From NCBI RefSeq assembly GCF_006345805.1, contig NC_043010.1, forward strand, positions 5,022,001-5,086,000: a DNA stretch of 64,000 bases, given 5' to 3'. This DNA comes from Octopus sinensis. Taxonomy: Eukaryota. Of the stretch, positions 50,150 through 64,000 are shown one piece after another. The notes under the pieces were generated by a model. The model worked only from the letters and a program-made list of their open reading frames with translations. It was not told where the DNA came from and searched no databases. The translations under genes and the position numbers were made by a program. How positions within the stretch are numbered: position 1 is the stretch's first letter; each line of letters starts with the position of its first letter.

Positions 50150-50411
50150 TGGTGTGTATATATATATATATATATAATATACATGCATATATACATTCAT
50201 CTATATGTATGTATGTATGAATGTATGTATATGTGTGTATGTATGTATGTATGTAAGTATGTATGTGTATATGTATGTATATATGTATGTATGCATGTGT
50301 GTATGTGTGTATGTGTGTGTGTGTATGTATGTATGCATGTATGTATGTATGTATGTATGTATGTATGTATGTATGTATATATGTATGTATGTTTGTAAGT
50401 ATGTATATATG

Positions 50412-50445
<34 letters not shown>

Positions 50446-51037
50446 TGTATGTATGTATGCATGTATGTATGTATGTATGTATGTATGTATGTATGTATTT
50501 ATGTATGTATGTATGTATGTATTTATGTATATACAGGGAATGAAGGGGTGGAGTTGAGAAGCAATGTAAACATAAAAACTCTCCCATTTCTCCACAATGG
50601 ATCTAAATAAATAAAGAACAGTGACTCAGTTTCTCTCCTTCTCTCTCTCTCTCTCTCTCTCTCCCACTCTCTCTCTTTCTCTCTCTCTAATTCTCTCTCT
50701 AATTCTCCCTCTTTCTTTCTCCCTTTCACTATTTATCTATCTATTACTTTCTGTTTTACTCTTTTCATCGTTTACATACGCATCTCTACAATCACATACA
50801 CACACATATATATATATTGATAAATAACATAAACAACAAACGTGTCTCAAACATATGCATGCATATAAAAATATATCTGCATATGAATATGTATATATAT
50901 ATATATATACACATACATACACATACATATATATGTATATATACATATATATATATATGTATATTTGTATATATAAAAGTATAAATATATATATATTTAA
51001 ACATATACATATAAATATGCACATGCATGGTATATAT

Positions 51038-51094
<57 letters not shown>

Positions 51095-51214
51095 GCGTGT
51101 GTCTCTGTGCGTCTATATATATGTATGTATGCATGTATGAATATATATATTCAATTACTTTCAATCTCTAATACACAGGACACACTCAAACATTGTTTCA
51201 TTCTATAAAATATA

Positions 51215-51245
<31 letters not shown>

Positions 51246-52174
51246 GTATGTACACACACACACACATATATATATATTTATATATTTATATATATATATA
51301 TACACACACACATACATGTATATGTATATGTATATATACATGCATGCATATATAATACACACATGCACGTGCACAAACGTATACACACATACATATACAT
51401 ACATATATACTATCTCTAGATTACTGTCACCTGCCACCCCGTCTCACTCACCTACTACTATCACTGCTTAAAGGGACCTTCCCGATGTGTTTTACTAATC
51501 AAGCGTATATCCACCAGCCTGTGTGTTCCCAATCAGCATCACTGCACCCATTGTGCACATGCTATCAGTTCAGCAGTCATGCTATTTTTGAAAAGCAGAC
51601 TCGTTTACGCCTCAACCCATCACCCTTTAACTCCACCCATCTTCATCACCCATCCTTCCATCCATCCATCCATCCATCCATCCATCCATCCATCCTCCCA
51701 CTCCCCTCTCTGTGTTTTACGCCTACCCTAATGACATTTTCTCCAGCATCACGCACCCACCCCCTGCGCCCTCTCTCGCAAATCGTTACATGGGAGAAAG
51801 CTGAGGGGGTGGGGAGGCGAACACTAACTGGAGTTGGTGCGTGAAAATGTGGGGTGATGAGTAGAGTTTTAGTTTGTGACAGATGCAGGAAAGAAACGCG
51901 TGCACACATGTAAACATACACACAGATCCAATCATAATTACAAGCAGATACATGAAAACAATCAGTGACATTTATATACAAACGTACGTGAATATTTTTA
52001 TATTTATATATGTGTGTATATATTCATGTATATTTATATTCATATACATGTGTGTGCAAGTTGAATACAAGTTTATCTACCGGTATATCAATGTATATAT
52101 TTGTGTGTATGCATGTGTATGTAATATAATATAAGATAATATGATATATTTACACACACACACACACATTTATA

Positions 52175-52210
<36 letters not shown>

Positions 52211-52293
52211 TATACATATATGAAGAGAAAGAGAGAGAGAGAGAGAGATACATATAAGTTTTGATACATAGATGTATGTACGTACCTATATAG

Positions 52294-52334
<41 letters not shown>

Positions 52335-52642
52335 CACATATATACATATATGTATACATACATACATACATATATACATATATACTTACATATATGCATA
52401 TATGTATATACATACACATATACATCCATCCATCCATACATACATATATGTGTGTGTATATGTATATATAGATATAGATATGTAAATGTGTATTTGTGAG
52501 TGAATACATATGCTTAAGCTCATATGTATAAATGTTTATTGAAAAATCAAACAAACACACATACATATAAGCACACATTGAGACATACACATTATGTGCT
52601 CATGACCATACACACACTCATACAGATAGACACACATGGTTA

Positions 52643-52682
<40 letters not shown>

Positions 52683-52824
52683 GTGATGCATGTTCACATA
52701 AGCACACTTATACATATACATGAAGAAATATACACCATATAAACAGATATATCTATATGTAATCTCTCTCTCTATATATATATATATGTAAATATGTGAT
52801 TGCATGTGTGAGTATAAATATATA

Positions 52825-52883
<59 letters not shown>

Positions 52884-52898
52884 GTATATATGTATGTA

Positions 52899-52958
<60 letters not shown>

Positions 52959-52972
52959 GTATGTATATATAT

Positions 52973-53026
<54 letters not shown>

Positions 53027-53100
53027 CACATACATATATATATATTGTATGTATGTATACATATTTATACACACATGTAAAATGCAAAGCACACACATGA
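50150..53100. repeat. Compound TA/TG/TATG/CT microsatellite field
   Basis: Direct reading; unique island at about 51410-51910. Confidence 0.95.
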
Positions 53101-53644
53101 ATACCATTCACAACAATGCTGCTTGTACAGCCCACATTATTTATTTACTTATTTACTTTTTGTAATTTTATTTATTTTTTTTTTTAAAGAATATTTTTTT
53201 ATGTTTTTGAAATATAAATCTACTTTATCAGACAATAAGAACTTATAAGCTTTTAGTGATATCCAAATAGGTTCTAACCTCGGGCTAGGCATCACTGATT
53301 CTGCAGAATAGCTTTATAGAATTTCAACTTCATCTTATTCACAGACATTGAACATATGAATAAAGAGAAATATTTAGGATTGAACTTTTTTTTTTTTTTC
53401 ACTTTAGAATATGAGACATTTACTGGATGGCAATAATTATTAACTATTGTAGCAAACAAGGAACAATACAGTCAAGTTTTTTATTCCATTATTTACTGTA
53501 GTGTACCTATATTCATTCATTCATTCATTCATTCTTTCTTTCTTTCTTTCTTTCTTTCACTGATTTCAGTTCATTGGACTGTGGTTTTGCTGAGGTACCA
53601 GCATTGAGGGTTTTTAGCTGATTATAATGACCTCAGTAGTATAT

Positions 53645-53992
53645 ACTCTTTTACTCTTTTACTCTTTTACTCGTGTCAGTCATTTAACTGCGGCCATGCT
53701 GGAGCACCGCCTTTTTAGTCGAGCAAATCGACCCCGGGACTTATTCTTTTTGTAAGCCCAGTACTTATTCTATCGGTCTCTTTTGCCGAACCGCTAAGTA
53801 ACGGGGACATAAACACACCAGCATCGGTTGTCAAGCAATGCTAGAGGGACAAACACAGACACACAAACACACACACATGCATATACATATACGTATATAC
53901 GACGGGCTTCTTTCAGTTTCCGTCTACCAAATCCACTCACAAGGCTTTGGTCGGCCCGAGGCTATAGTAGAAGACACTTGCCCAAGGTGCCA
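53645..53992 (-). mobile_element. SINE family A, head truncated
   Basis: Similarity to other copies. Confidence 0.85.
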
Positions 53993-56306
53993 CCTGGTAC
54001 TTATTTCATTATTTCTCTTTTAGGATACCAAATGCAAACGAGAACATTGATATCAGGTGAGAGATATTTCAGTTGAACACTAATATTGCAAGGTGTATTA
54101 TTTTTACCTGAATGTATTGGTTCTCATCCTAAGATGATATCAGCACACAAATGTACAAATACAGAGAGAGAGAGGGGAGGAGAGATGGGGGAGACAAAGA
54201 GAGAAGTGAGTTAAGAAGTTTGTTTGAGAACTCTTCAGTACTGGAATCAATCCCACCATATGTCATCATCATCATCATCATCATCATCGTTTAACATCTG
54301 CTTTCTATGCTAGCATGGGTTGGACGATTTGACTGAGGGCTGGTGAACCAGATGGCTGCACTAGGCTCGAATTTTGATCTGGCAGAGTTTCTACAGCTGG
54401 ATGCCCTTCCTAATGCCTACCACTACGAGAGTGTAGTGGGTGCCTTTACGTGCCACCGGTAAGGAGGCCAGTCAGGCTTGAATCTTTTTACATGTGCCAT
54501 CAGCACAAGCGCCAGTAAGGTGATGCTCATAATGATCATGCTTGAATGGTGCCTCTTATGTGCCACCGGCGCGGAAGCCAGTTAGTCACTCTGGCAACGA
54601 TCATGCTTGGATGGTGCTCTTAGCACCCTACTAGGACATCATATGTAAATGTCTTTTACTGAACTATAAAATTCACCAAAATCTTGTAAACTGAAATTTA
54701 GTTGAGTAAAACTTGTGGAAGCCAATCAGATGAACTTTAACTAATCTTGAATAGCAAACAGCTAGTAAGATCGACTCTCCTCTTCCTGCAATAGTTCTTG
54801 AGAAGACAATGAGAAAACCATCACTTCTGTAGAGTTGTTCTTAAATCCAGCTCAATTTGTAGCTACATACTTTCAGATTCAGTGCCATTGTACAGCACTT
54901 TGAACCTTGGGCAAGTGTCTTCTACTATAACCCTAGGCCAACTAATGCTTTGTGAGTGGACTTGGTAAACAGAACCTGTGTGGAAGGTCATCTTCATATA
55001 TCATCATCATCATTTAATGTCCGTTGTCCATACTGGCATGGGTTGGACAGTCTGACCAGGGCTGGTAAGCTGAGGGGCTGCACCATACGCCAGTCTGATT
55101 TGGCATGGTTCCTATGGCTGGATGCCCTTCCTAATGCCAACCACTCCAAGCATGAAATGGGTGCTTTTATGTACTACTGGCATCGGTGCCAGTTGCATGA
55201 CACCAGTATCTGCCATGACTATGATTTCACATGACTTGATGGGTCTTCTTAAGCACTGCGTATTGCCAAAGTTCTTGGACATTTGTCATATATATATGTA
55301 TATATATATATATATGTATATGTGTGTGTATTCATGTATGTATGTTCCTATGTTTGTGTATATCACTAAATCCTTTCTTGACGACTGGTGTTGGTTACTT
55401 TATCTTGCCATAGCTTAGTGGAGACATAAACAAACCAACACTGGATGTCAAGAAGTGCATTCAGGATTAGAAATGATGCCAGAAGAGAGATGAGAAGTTG
55501 GCACAATTCTCTGGCTTACCACCTCTTGATAAACTGTCCAACCCATGCCAGCATAGGAAATGAACGTTAAAGAATGAGGAACCACTAAGAGATCAAAAGA
55601 ATATGCACTAGACTTAAAAACAAAACAACATAAGTACTGGGTGTGATGGGGTCAATTCTTTAGCCAAAACCTTTCCAGTCAGTACCTCAGCATTGTCATA
55701 ATGCAATAACTGAAACAAGTAATAGATTAAAAGCAGTATTCTCTTATATTTGGTAACTGTTTGAAGATCAACTCTTACTCTTGTGTAATTAACTTGGTCT
55801 CCTGTACGTCAAGTAAAGACAATGAGAAAGATTGCTACATGCTCAGCCTTGTAACATTGCAATGAAGATGAAGTGTTATTACTGTGTGCTGAACTTAACT
55901 CCTCCTCATGTAGTTCACTCCTCCTCATGCAGCTCAATACACTTGTGCCAACAAGAACATAGAAACAAGGGAAATAACCCCAGTGTTAGTTGCCTGGTTG
56001 TCTTTCCAATTTCCAGCAGAGGAAAGGTAGAAAAGATACTTGGAACTGATAGTGAGAGCCATATTGAAGCAAGATTACACAGAACAAGAATTGTATTAAA
56101 CTTAGTTATGTTGTGTAGCCCTTCCATTTAAACTCATTGAAAGATAGAACAAATATTGCTTGTTGGTCTTGCATACCCCAATTTCTATCCATCAGCCACC
56201 TTCCTTCTACACTCTCATAAGCTTCCACACTCTCCACACACTCATTAACAAACTTACCTAGCCATGAACCCTACTCAGTCCTTTCTTATATCCTCCTTTC
56301 CGTAAC

Positions 56307-56535
56307 TTAACCCTTTAGCATTTAAACCGGCTGAACCTGACCAAAAGTATTCTGCCTGTTTTATGTTCAAACTGGCCAGATCTGGTCTCTCACATCAACC
56401 CTACAATATCGTTTTAAAAATAAACAGCTACCTCATCAAAATCTCATAGCTACAAGATAATGCATGATTAGTTCAAAACAATGTGGATAAAAAAGGGTTA
56501 ATTCTGGCAGAATAATGCGAACACTAAAGGGTTAA
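56307..56535. mobile_element. piggyBac-like MITE, intact relative of 434-1055
   Basis: TTAA-CCCTTTAG...CTAAAGGG-TTAA. Confidence 0.85.
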
Positions 56536-58200
56536 AGACACATCTTGACACATCTTCACCATTTTATCTCTTTTCCAGCTGAGGTAACCATCTATTTCCT
56601 CTACAGCAAGAAATCTGTTGATGTCCCTCTACTATATTTTAATCTCTCATCATCTGGCCTGAAGCCACTACCTGTATTAAGCCCCACCTTCATTTGAGAG
56701 GTCTTGTCATGAAAGTTACTTCGTAACCTCACTGGTGCTGGTGCCGCATAAAAAAGCATCCACTACACTCTGTAAAGTGGTTGGTACTAGAAAAGGCATC
56801 CAGCCATAGAAACCATGCCAAAGTAGACATTGGAGCTTGGGTTGTCAGCTGCTGTTAAACTTTCCAACCCATGCCAATATGGAAAACGGATGTTAATAAT
56901 AATGACGATGACAACAACGACAACAATGATGATAATGATGATGATGATGACATTGATGACGAGATGATGATAATGATGATGATTGCCATGACAACGACAA
57001 CAACAATGACACTAATATTAGTATCTTGTATATCTAGAACATATATGTGATGGCAGATGAACTTTGAGCAAGCGTAATTCCCATTCTGCTTCTAATTCCA
57101 TCTTGTAAGTTATTTCCCCTCATTTGCATAATTAATATTCAGCAAAGGGGCCGGGCAGAAAGTACAATTGTTACAACTTCACTTTTTCTTCTTCACTGAA
57201 TTTTTGTCAATAAGGTTACTCTTGCCACACTGGACATGGATGATTACAAATAATCATACATTTGACCTTTCACCATTCGGTTTACTTGGGTGAGGAATAA
57301 ATAGTATTTCATCTGTAAATTCTTCATTACTAAAGGTATGTTGTATATCTAATCACCTCATACCTAAAGTATTGCGTCTGTAATTACTCTCTATGTTGGC
57401 ATTGGTGCCAGTAATCATTTTATACTATGGTAATCCATAATCTTTGTGTGAAATCAAACAGTATATTGTGTTTGTTAATTCTCTCCTGCAACCGGTTTCG
57501 TAATGATCTTCCCCACCTGTCTCACTAATTACTGGTTCAATTACCTTCAGATTTTCCGTTGTTTCCTCTTTCAAGTACATTGGTTTTGACTTTAATAATG
57601 ACATTAATAGATCAATCATTAGGGATTTACTCCATCTCACACAATCTAGTTAGTTAGGTATGTGGCTAATTATCTCCCCCCCCACCTCTCTTTCTCTCAC
57701 TTTTCCATCTCGCCCAACCCCCCGCCGTCCCCATCATACCATCCAACCCCAGATGTCTTCCGCTGCTTGTAGTGTGACATTATCAGAACACTGAATTCAC
57801 TTATTCCCCCCTATCACATCTCTACATGACACTTTCACCTGGATTACCTGCTCATCAACTGTCTCATTTACAGATAAACCTTCCTGCTTGTTCTGACACT
57901 GAAACTTCTTACTAATGAGTTGGCCACATTAACAATTCCAGGGCATCGTTTTCCTCAATATCACTAATTGTCAATGGCTAGAACAATTCTATTTCTCTTA
58001 CCTCTCTTAATTTCCTTTCCTAGTCATAAATATTTCCTGTCTTTCATAATTAACTTTATACATTATCAAATTTCACCAGATTTTCCCCCTCTTCTTTCAA
58101 TATATTTCAATTAAAACTCATACGTAACTTTTGCATATATTTATTTACTTTATTTACTTATTTATTTATTTATTAATCTATTTATTTATTTTCCTTGCAG

Positions 58201-58258
58201 TTTGGTGTGGAGGAGGAAGAAAAAGAGGCTGTACCGTGTCGGTGGACTTGTAAAACCG
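58201..58258 (+). CDS. Candidate exon, LVWRRKKKRLYRVGGLVKP (juxtamembrane-like)
   Basis: Strong acceptor TTTATTTATTTTCCTTGCAG and donor CCG|GTGAGC; a LINE remnant is an alternative reading. Confidence 0.35.
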
Positions 58259-59170
58259 GTGAGCTTGATATAAGTGGCGTTCCTCTTGAACTGAACTGAC
58301 GCTCAACAAAACATGGACAGGAAGAGAATACCAGGGTGTTAATGTACTGTGAAGGAAAGGATTAAGTTAGGAAATGGTGCAGTGCCACACAATATGCATG
58401 TCAGCAAGAAAAGGCGTGGGAAGGGGAATCAGGAGCGCTTTAATGGAAGTGACACGACATCAGCTATCTCCAAGGAGGAGAGGCTAGCATTGTAGTAACA
58501 ACAGAAGAGGCAAAGTCTGGAGAAAGGACATCTCTGAGCCAGAAGTTGGAATATGTTTGCAAGTGACTTCATGTCAGCATGGCTGTGTGGTTAAGAAGTT
58601 CAATTTTCATTCACAGGACTTTGGTTCAATTCCACTGTGTGGCACCTTGGGTATGTGCCTACACTAGAGGCGAGCCAATGCATTCTGATTGAAATGTATA
58701 TGATGTGTGTGTGTGTATGTGGGTGCTTTTGTGGTTGTCTTTTTCTACTTGAAGAATAGTGTTGGTTTGTTTATATCCCTGAAACTACATTTCAACAGAA
58801 AAAAACCCCCCAAAACATAGAAAGCATAGGTGTGTTTGAATGGTAAGAAGTTTGTGTGTATGCGCATGCTTGTGTCTCTGTTTGTTCCTCACCACTGCTT
58901 GATAAATGGTGTCAGTGCAATGACATCTCCATAACTTAGCAGTTCAGCAGAAGAGACCGACAGAATAAGTACCAAGCGTAAAAAAAATGTACTGGAGTTG
59001 ATTTCACCGACCAAACCCTTCAAAATAGTGCCCCAGTAACGAAAGAAATCTGGAAAAAGGCTAATGGAGTGAACAATGACCCCTACAGAAGGTCCTTCAG
59101 TTTGCTCCCTACATTATTTTAGAAAAAAAACTACTACATTAGTAACTTATTAGTTCAAGGTAGAAGAACT

Positions 59171-59240
59171 TCACTCAAGTAGGTTGTAAGTTTCTTTAAC
59201 ATCATCTAGCCGCTTCATCACAGATGATGAAATAGATTTT
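59171..59240 (-). CDS. Candidate terminal exon KSISSSVMKRLDDVKETYNLLE*
   Basis: Long polypyrimidine tract plus TTTGCAG acceptor; no homology recognised. Confidence 0.3.
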
Positions 59241-60489
59241 CTGCAAATACAGAAAAGAGAAAAAAAAGAAAAAACACCAATGGCAAAATGCCTCTCAACT
59301 CCAAGCCATTTGTAGTTTTTACTTTGACTCTAAATATATTTAAGTACTGCGTATCAATAAACTATAGTTTCCCCTTTCATAATACTAAAACATCATTGTC
59401 ATATTCCAATCAATGTTAACTGTTTTTGAAGTAGCAATCGAAGACCATAAATTTGCTTTTATCTGTTTGCTAAAATTTTGATATTATGTATGGTAAACAT
59501 TATAATGAACTTTCTGTGTATCTATTTAGTAATCATCACCACCACCACCAATACCACCACCACCACCATCATCATCATCGTTTAATGTCTACTTTCCCAT
59601 GCTGGCATCGATCAGATGGAATTTCTTGTGGCAGATTTCTTTTACAGCTGGATGCCCTACCTGTGGCTAACCTTTACTTGTTTTCAAGCAAGGTAATTTT
59701 TCCCCATGGCTATACATGTTTCACATGAAGGATTGTAAATGAACATCACCTCTACAATGGAGATGCTCATTTGAAACCATTATGTGTTGTCAAGATGAGG
59801 TTATACACATACACACATATACATAAATATATATGTTCTCAGACTTACACACACACACACACACACACATATATACACATATATATTCATGCACACACAC
59901 ATACACACACATATATACATACAAAATATACACATGTGTATATGTATTCTTTTATTCTTTTACTTGTTTCAGTCATGCTGGAGCACCACCTTTAGTGCTG
60001 CCTGACTGGCTCCCATGCCAGTGGCATGTAAAAAGCACCATTCAAGTGTGATTGATGCTAATACTGCGTGACTGGCCCTCGTGCTGGTGGTACATAAAAA
60101 GCATCCACAACACTCTTGGAGTGGTTGGCATAAGGAAGGGCATCCAGCTGTAGAAACTTTGCCAGATCAGATTGGAGCCTGGAGCAGCCTTCTAGCCTGC
60201 CAGCCCCACAGTCAAACTGTCCTATCCATGCCAGCAAGGAAAGCAGATGTTAAACGATGATGATGATGATGATGATGTGCATGTATGTGTACATGTGTGT
60301 GTGTGTGTGTGTTCCGCTGAGGTCGACATTGCCTTTCATCCTTTCAGGGTCGATAAATTAAGTACCAATTATGCACTAGGGTCGATGTAATTGACTTAAC
60401 CCCTTTGTCTGTCCTTGTTTGTCCCCACTATGTTCAGCCCCTTGTAGGCAATAAAAATAAAATATATATATATATGGTGGTTGTGATGA

Positions 60490-60523
<34 letters not shown>

Positions 60524-61501
60524 ACTGATGATAATGATGATCACAAACAGATACACAGAAAGTTCATTATATACAAACACACACATGGTGGACTTCTTTC
60601 AGGTTCCATCAACCAAATCAATTCACAAGGCTTTGGTTGGCTCTAGGTTATTGTAGAAAATACTTGCCCAAGTTGCTGCACAGTAAGACTGAATCTGTGA
60701 CCACATGCTTCAGAAAGAAGCTTCTTAACCACACAGACATGCCTCGTGTAACCTGAACATACTTCTCTTTTTATGGGCAGAGGAAAATGGACCATGGCTA
60801 TGACACTTTACAAGACCACTGAGGTGGGGAGGAATAGAGAAATGGCTTTTTACACCAGTCACCAGGTCAGAATGCTTACAACTGAATGGACTTCACATGG
60901 AAGTCAACCATGAGCCACGTGGTGGTGGTGGTAGTGGTGATGGTGGTAGTAGTGGTGGTAGTGGTGATGGTGGTAGTAGTGGTGGTTGTGGTGGTTGCGT
61001 GGTGGTGTTGGTGTCGGTGATGGTAGTGGTACTGTTGGTTGTGGTAGTGGTGGTTATAACCCATGCAATGGATTAAATTTACCACCCCAACAGAAGCACC
61101 TGTAGGGCTGAAGGGGTTGTCAGATCCAACCTATGCTTTTATTGGGGCAGCATTTTGGGTTTACTGTATAAACCTGTACCAAGGGGGCACACTGCAAAGT
61201 GAAGGGCTGCCCTGGGTGGCACACTTGAGTTATGTCACTGACCTCAGGTATGGCACTTCTAATGGGAATCTACACAGATTCTGTCTACCAAACTTCATTG
61301 AAAATGATTTGGTTTACCTAAGGGTTATGATAGAAAGCACTTGCCTGAGGTGCTAGAAAGCAACATCAAATCTGAAATCATATACGTAGCTGACAAATAA
61401 AATTTCCAAACCAAAACAGCCATGTAAACACTTAAAGAGAAATATGATTCATATCAGCAAATATTTACTTTAATGACCATAAAATTGTAACTAATGCCAA
61501 T

Positions 61502-61532
<31 letters not shown>

Positions 61533-61699
61533 CACACACATATACGTACACACGTATACGTATACATATACATACACACACACACACATATATATATACA
61601 TACACACACACACATATATATACATAAATATATAAACATGTGTATATATATATGTGTGTGTGTGTTTATACAAGCATGTATTGTATGCATGTGTGTATG

Positions 61700-61757
<58 letters not shown>

Positions 61758-62157
61758 TATATACATATATGTATATACACACACACATGTATGTATGTAT
61801 ATATATATGTATATATATATTTATATGTACATTTTCTTATTTATTTATTTAAGCTTTAGATAGTGATTTACCACACCCAGCCTGCACTTGTCTCATTCTC
61901 TGATTTATTAGATCTCACATCTACAGAGAAAGGCTGATATAGTATCAATAAATAAGATTTTTTTGTTTTTGCGAATGTCAGACAAGGTATTTCTTGATGG
62001 AGAAAATGATGTGAGAATATGACATTAATAGTGATATCAACGATGCTGATGTTAGTAATGGTAGTGGTGATGATGATGATGATGGTGGCGGTGGTAGTGG
62101 TGGCAGTAGTAACAATGAACAATACTGTTGACAATACTCTGGTGGTATTGATAAGGT

Positions 62158-62388
62158 GGCAAGCTGGCAGAAACGTTAGCACGGCGGGCGAAATGCTTAG
62201 CGGTATTTCGTCTGCCGTTACGTTGTGAGTTCAAATTCCGCCGAGGTCGACTTTGCCTTTTTAATCCTTTCGGGGTCGATAAATTAAGCACCAGTTACGC
62301 ACTGGGGTCGATGCAATCGACTTAATACCTATGTCTGTCCTTGTTTGTCCCCTCTGTGTTTAGCCCCTTGTGGGTAATAAAGAAATAG
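62158..62388 (+). mobile_element. SINE family B, well preserved
   Basis: Near-identical to 11877-12108. Confidence 0.88.
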
Positions 62389-64000
62389 GTATTGATGTCT
62401 TCTGCACAGTTTTTGTCAATACTAAAGTTTATCTCCCAAAGTGTTTGTTGACCCAAGTTTATGGAAGAAATCGCTTACCCAAAATACTGCAAAGTGGGAT
62501 AGAACCCAGAATGACCGCAGCATTGAAGAGTGAGCCTTTTCACCACTGAGCCCATTCCTATATTTATGGGCCTATGGGGAGTATGGGAAATAACATTAGC
62601 AAAAAAATAGATTTAATGACAAGAATGGTAATAATAATGACAATGATGTGATGGACAATGGTGCCAGTACTGACAATGGTGCCGGTACTGCCACTATTGC
62701 CATTTCCAATGAGGATCGTGGGAAGATGAAGGGTGGGGGAAGAGGAGGCATGGCAGGACAATATTCATGGATATTTGTGTTATGTGATGGAGACTATTGG
62801 TAGTTCTGTTCTTGGAGGCGTTGGGAATGTATAGTAAAACTGATCCTAACTGACATTGTATTTTTCTCCTTCTCTCTCTTTCTCTTTGTCCCTCTCTCTG
62901 TCTGTCTCTGTCTCTGTCTCTCAGTTTCTCTCTCTCTCTCTCTCTCAGGATTAACATTTAGAATTCATTGCGGAACAGCTTAACCAGGATCTTTTGTGGT
63001 TTAGTCATGTGTATAAGCTGAATAGGATGCCATTCTTACACATCTATTCCCCTTCCTACATACAATGTCTGTTCCTGAGATGATAGGGAATGTTTTTATG
63101 CTGGAAGGCCCTGTTGAAGTTAACTGACATCTGACACAGCCACATTCAAGTTAAATGCCTCCTGACAACTGCCTTAAAAAAACAGCTATATTACTAAATC
63201 TATTATTTCATATGATATAATTATAAGTGCAGGCATGGCTTTGGGGGTTAAGAAGCTCACTTTGCAACCATGTGGTTTTGGGTTCAGTCTCGTTGCTCAG
63301 TACCTTGCCTTGTGAGTAAATCTGATAGAAGGAAACTTTGTCGAAGCCCATTATATGCGTGTGCTTTTGTGCTTGGGTTTGTTCCCCGTCACTGCTTGAC
63401 AACAGGTGATGGTTTGTTTCCATTTCCATAACTTAACGGTTTGGCAAATGAAGCCAACAGAACAAGCATGAACCTTAAAAATTAGTACCTGGGTTGATAA
63501 ATATGGCTAAGCCTTTGAAGACAGTGCCCCAGCATGGTCACAGTCCAATAACTGAAATAAGTAAAACTAACAAAATGTGAAAACAGGGCTCAGTTCCAGA
63601 ATAAGCACATATTTTATTTTATTTTTTATTTTTATCTAGTTTCAGCTCACAAGCTGTGGCCATGCTGGGGCACCGCCATATAGGATCAAGGATGAAATTT
63701 TGGGACATTTTTTGGAAAAAAGTGTTTGTTAAAGGCCGTTGAATATGGTGCTTCTTTCTTGTTTTACTTCTAGTGTAAAAATGGTAAAGATCCCCTCTCC
63801 CACTTTGGTCATGAATGACCATGGAATTGCACCTAGAAAGTTCCTCTCTGAGGCACAAGTCTGTGCAAAGTTGTGTATAGAAGACTAGCAGTTGCCCATG
63901 CATACCAACCTCCCCTCTTCACGCCACTGATGTTAACCAAGGGAAAGGCAAAGACTGATATAGCTTGGCACCAGTGATGCCGCAACTTATTTCTACAGAT

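Noticed and set aside
54725-54775. CAGATGA...AAACAGCTAGTAAG hammerhead-like pattern
   Set aside because: No stem I or stem II pairing; compatible with chance.
55832-56131. 99-aa ORF in unique sequence
   Set aside because: No recognisable domain or convincing splice context; the length is within chance expectation.
57040-57640. Minus-strand frame with QCGKS (P-loop-like) and ISETG/RLQERINKH (GIY-YIG-like) fragments
   Set aside because: Multiple stops and the motifs are incomplete or in different frames; cannot be assigned without a profile search.

Overview
AT-rich, microsatellite-dense animal genomic DNA. The SINE, RTE-tail and Helitron families point to an octopod cephalopod (Octopus-like); this is inferred from repeat recognition, not from a database search. 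No complete host gene, rRNA, tRNA or CRISPR array is visible, and almost all ORF-track entries are translations of microsatellites or SINEs. The window is mostly layered mobile DNA: three tRNA-derived SINE families; a young 5'-truncated RTE LINE whose RT fragment carries a PHD-type finger; CR1, HERO, R4/Dong and Penelope-like (PLE) remnants; mariner, Tc1, hAT, piggyBac-like and Mutator-like elements; and non-autonomous Helitrons. The most notable signal is a set of type I hammerhead ribozyme motifs read directly from the sequence: two canonical cores (31653-31708 minus, 43359-43453 plus), one with the 3:8 core pair swapped to G3:C8 (14385-14436), and a back-to-back U3:A8 pair at the apex of a 393-bp foldback (4003-4395). 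Also notable are R4/Dong-clade retroelements sitting in (TAA)n and (TACA)n arrays, two of which share a covarying 3'UTR hairpin. A speculative chain of small plus-strand exons could encode part of a single-pass membrane protein. Repeat boundaries are hand-read and approximate unless termini are quoted.
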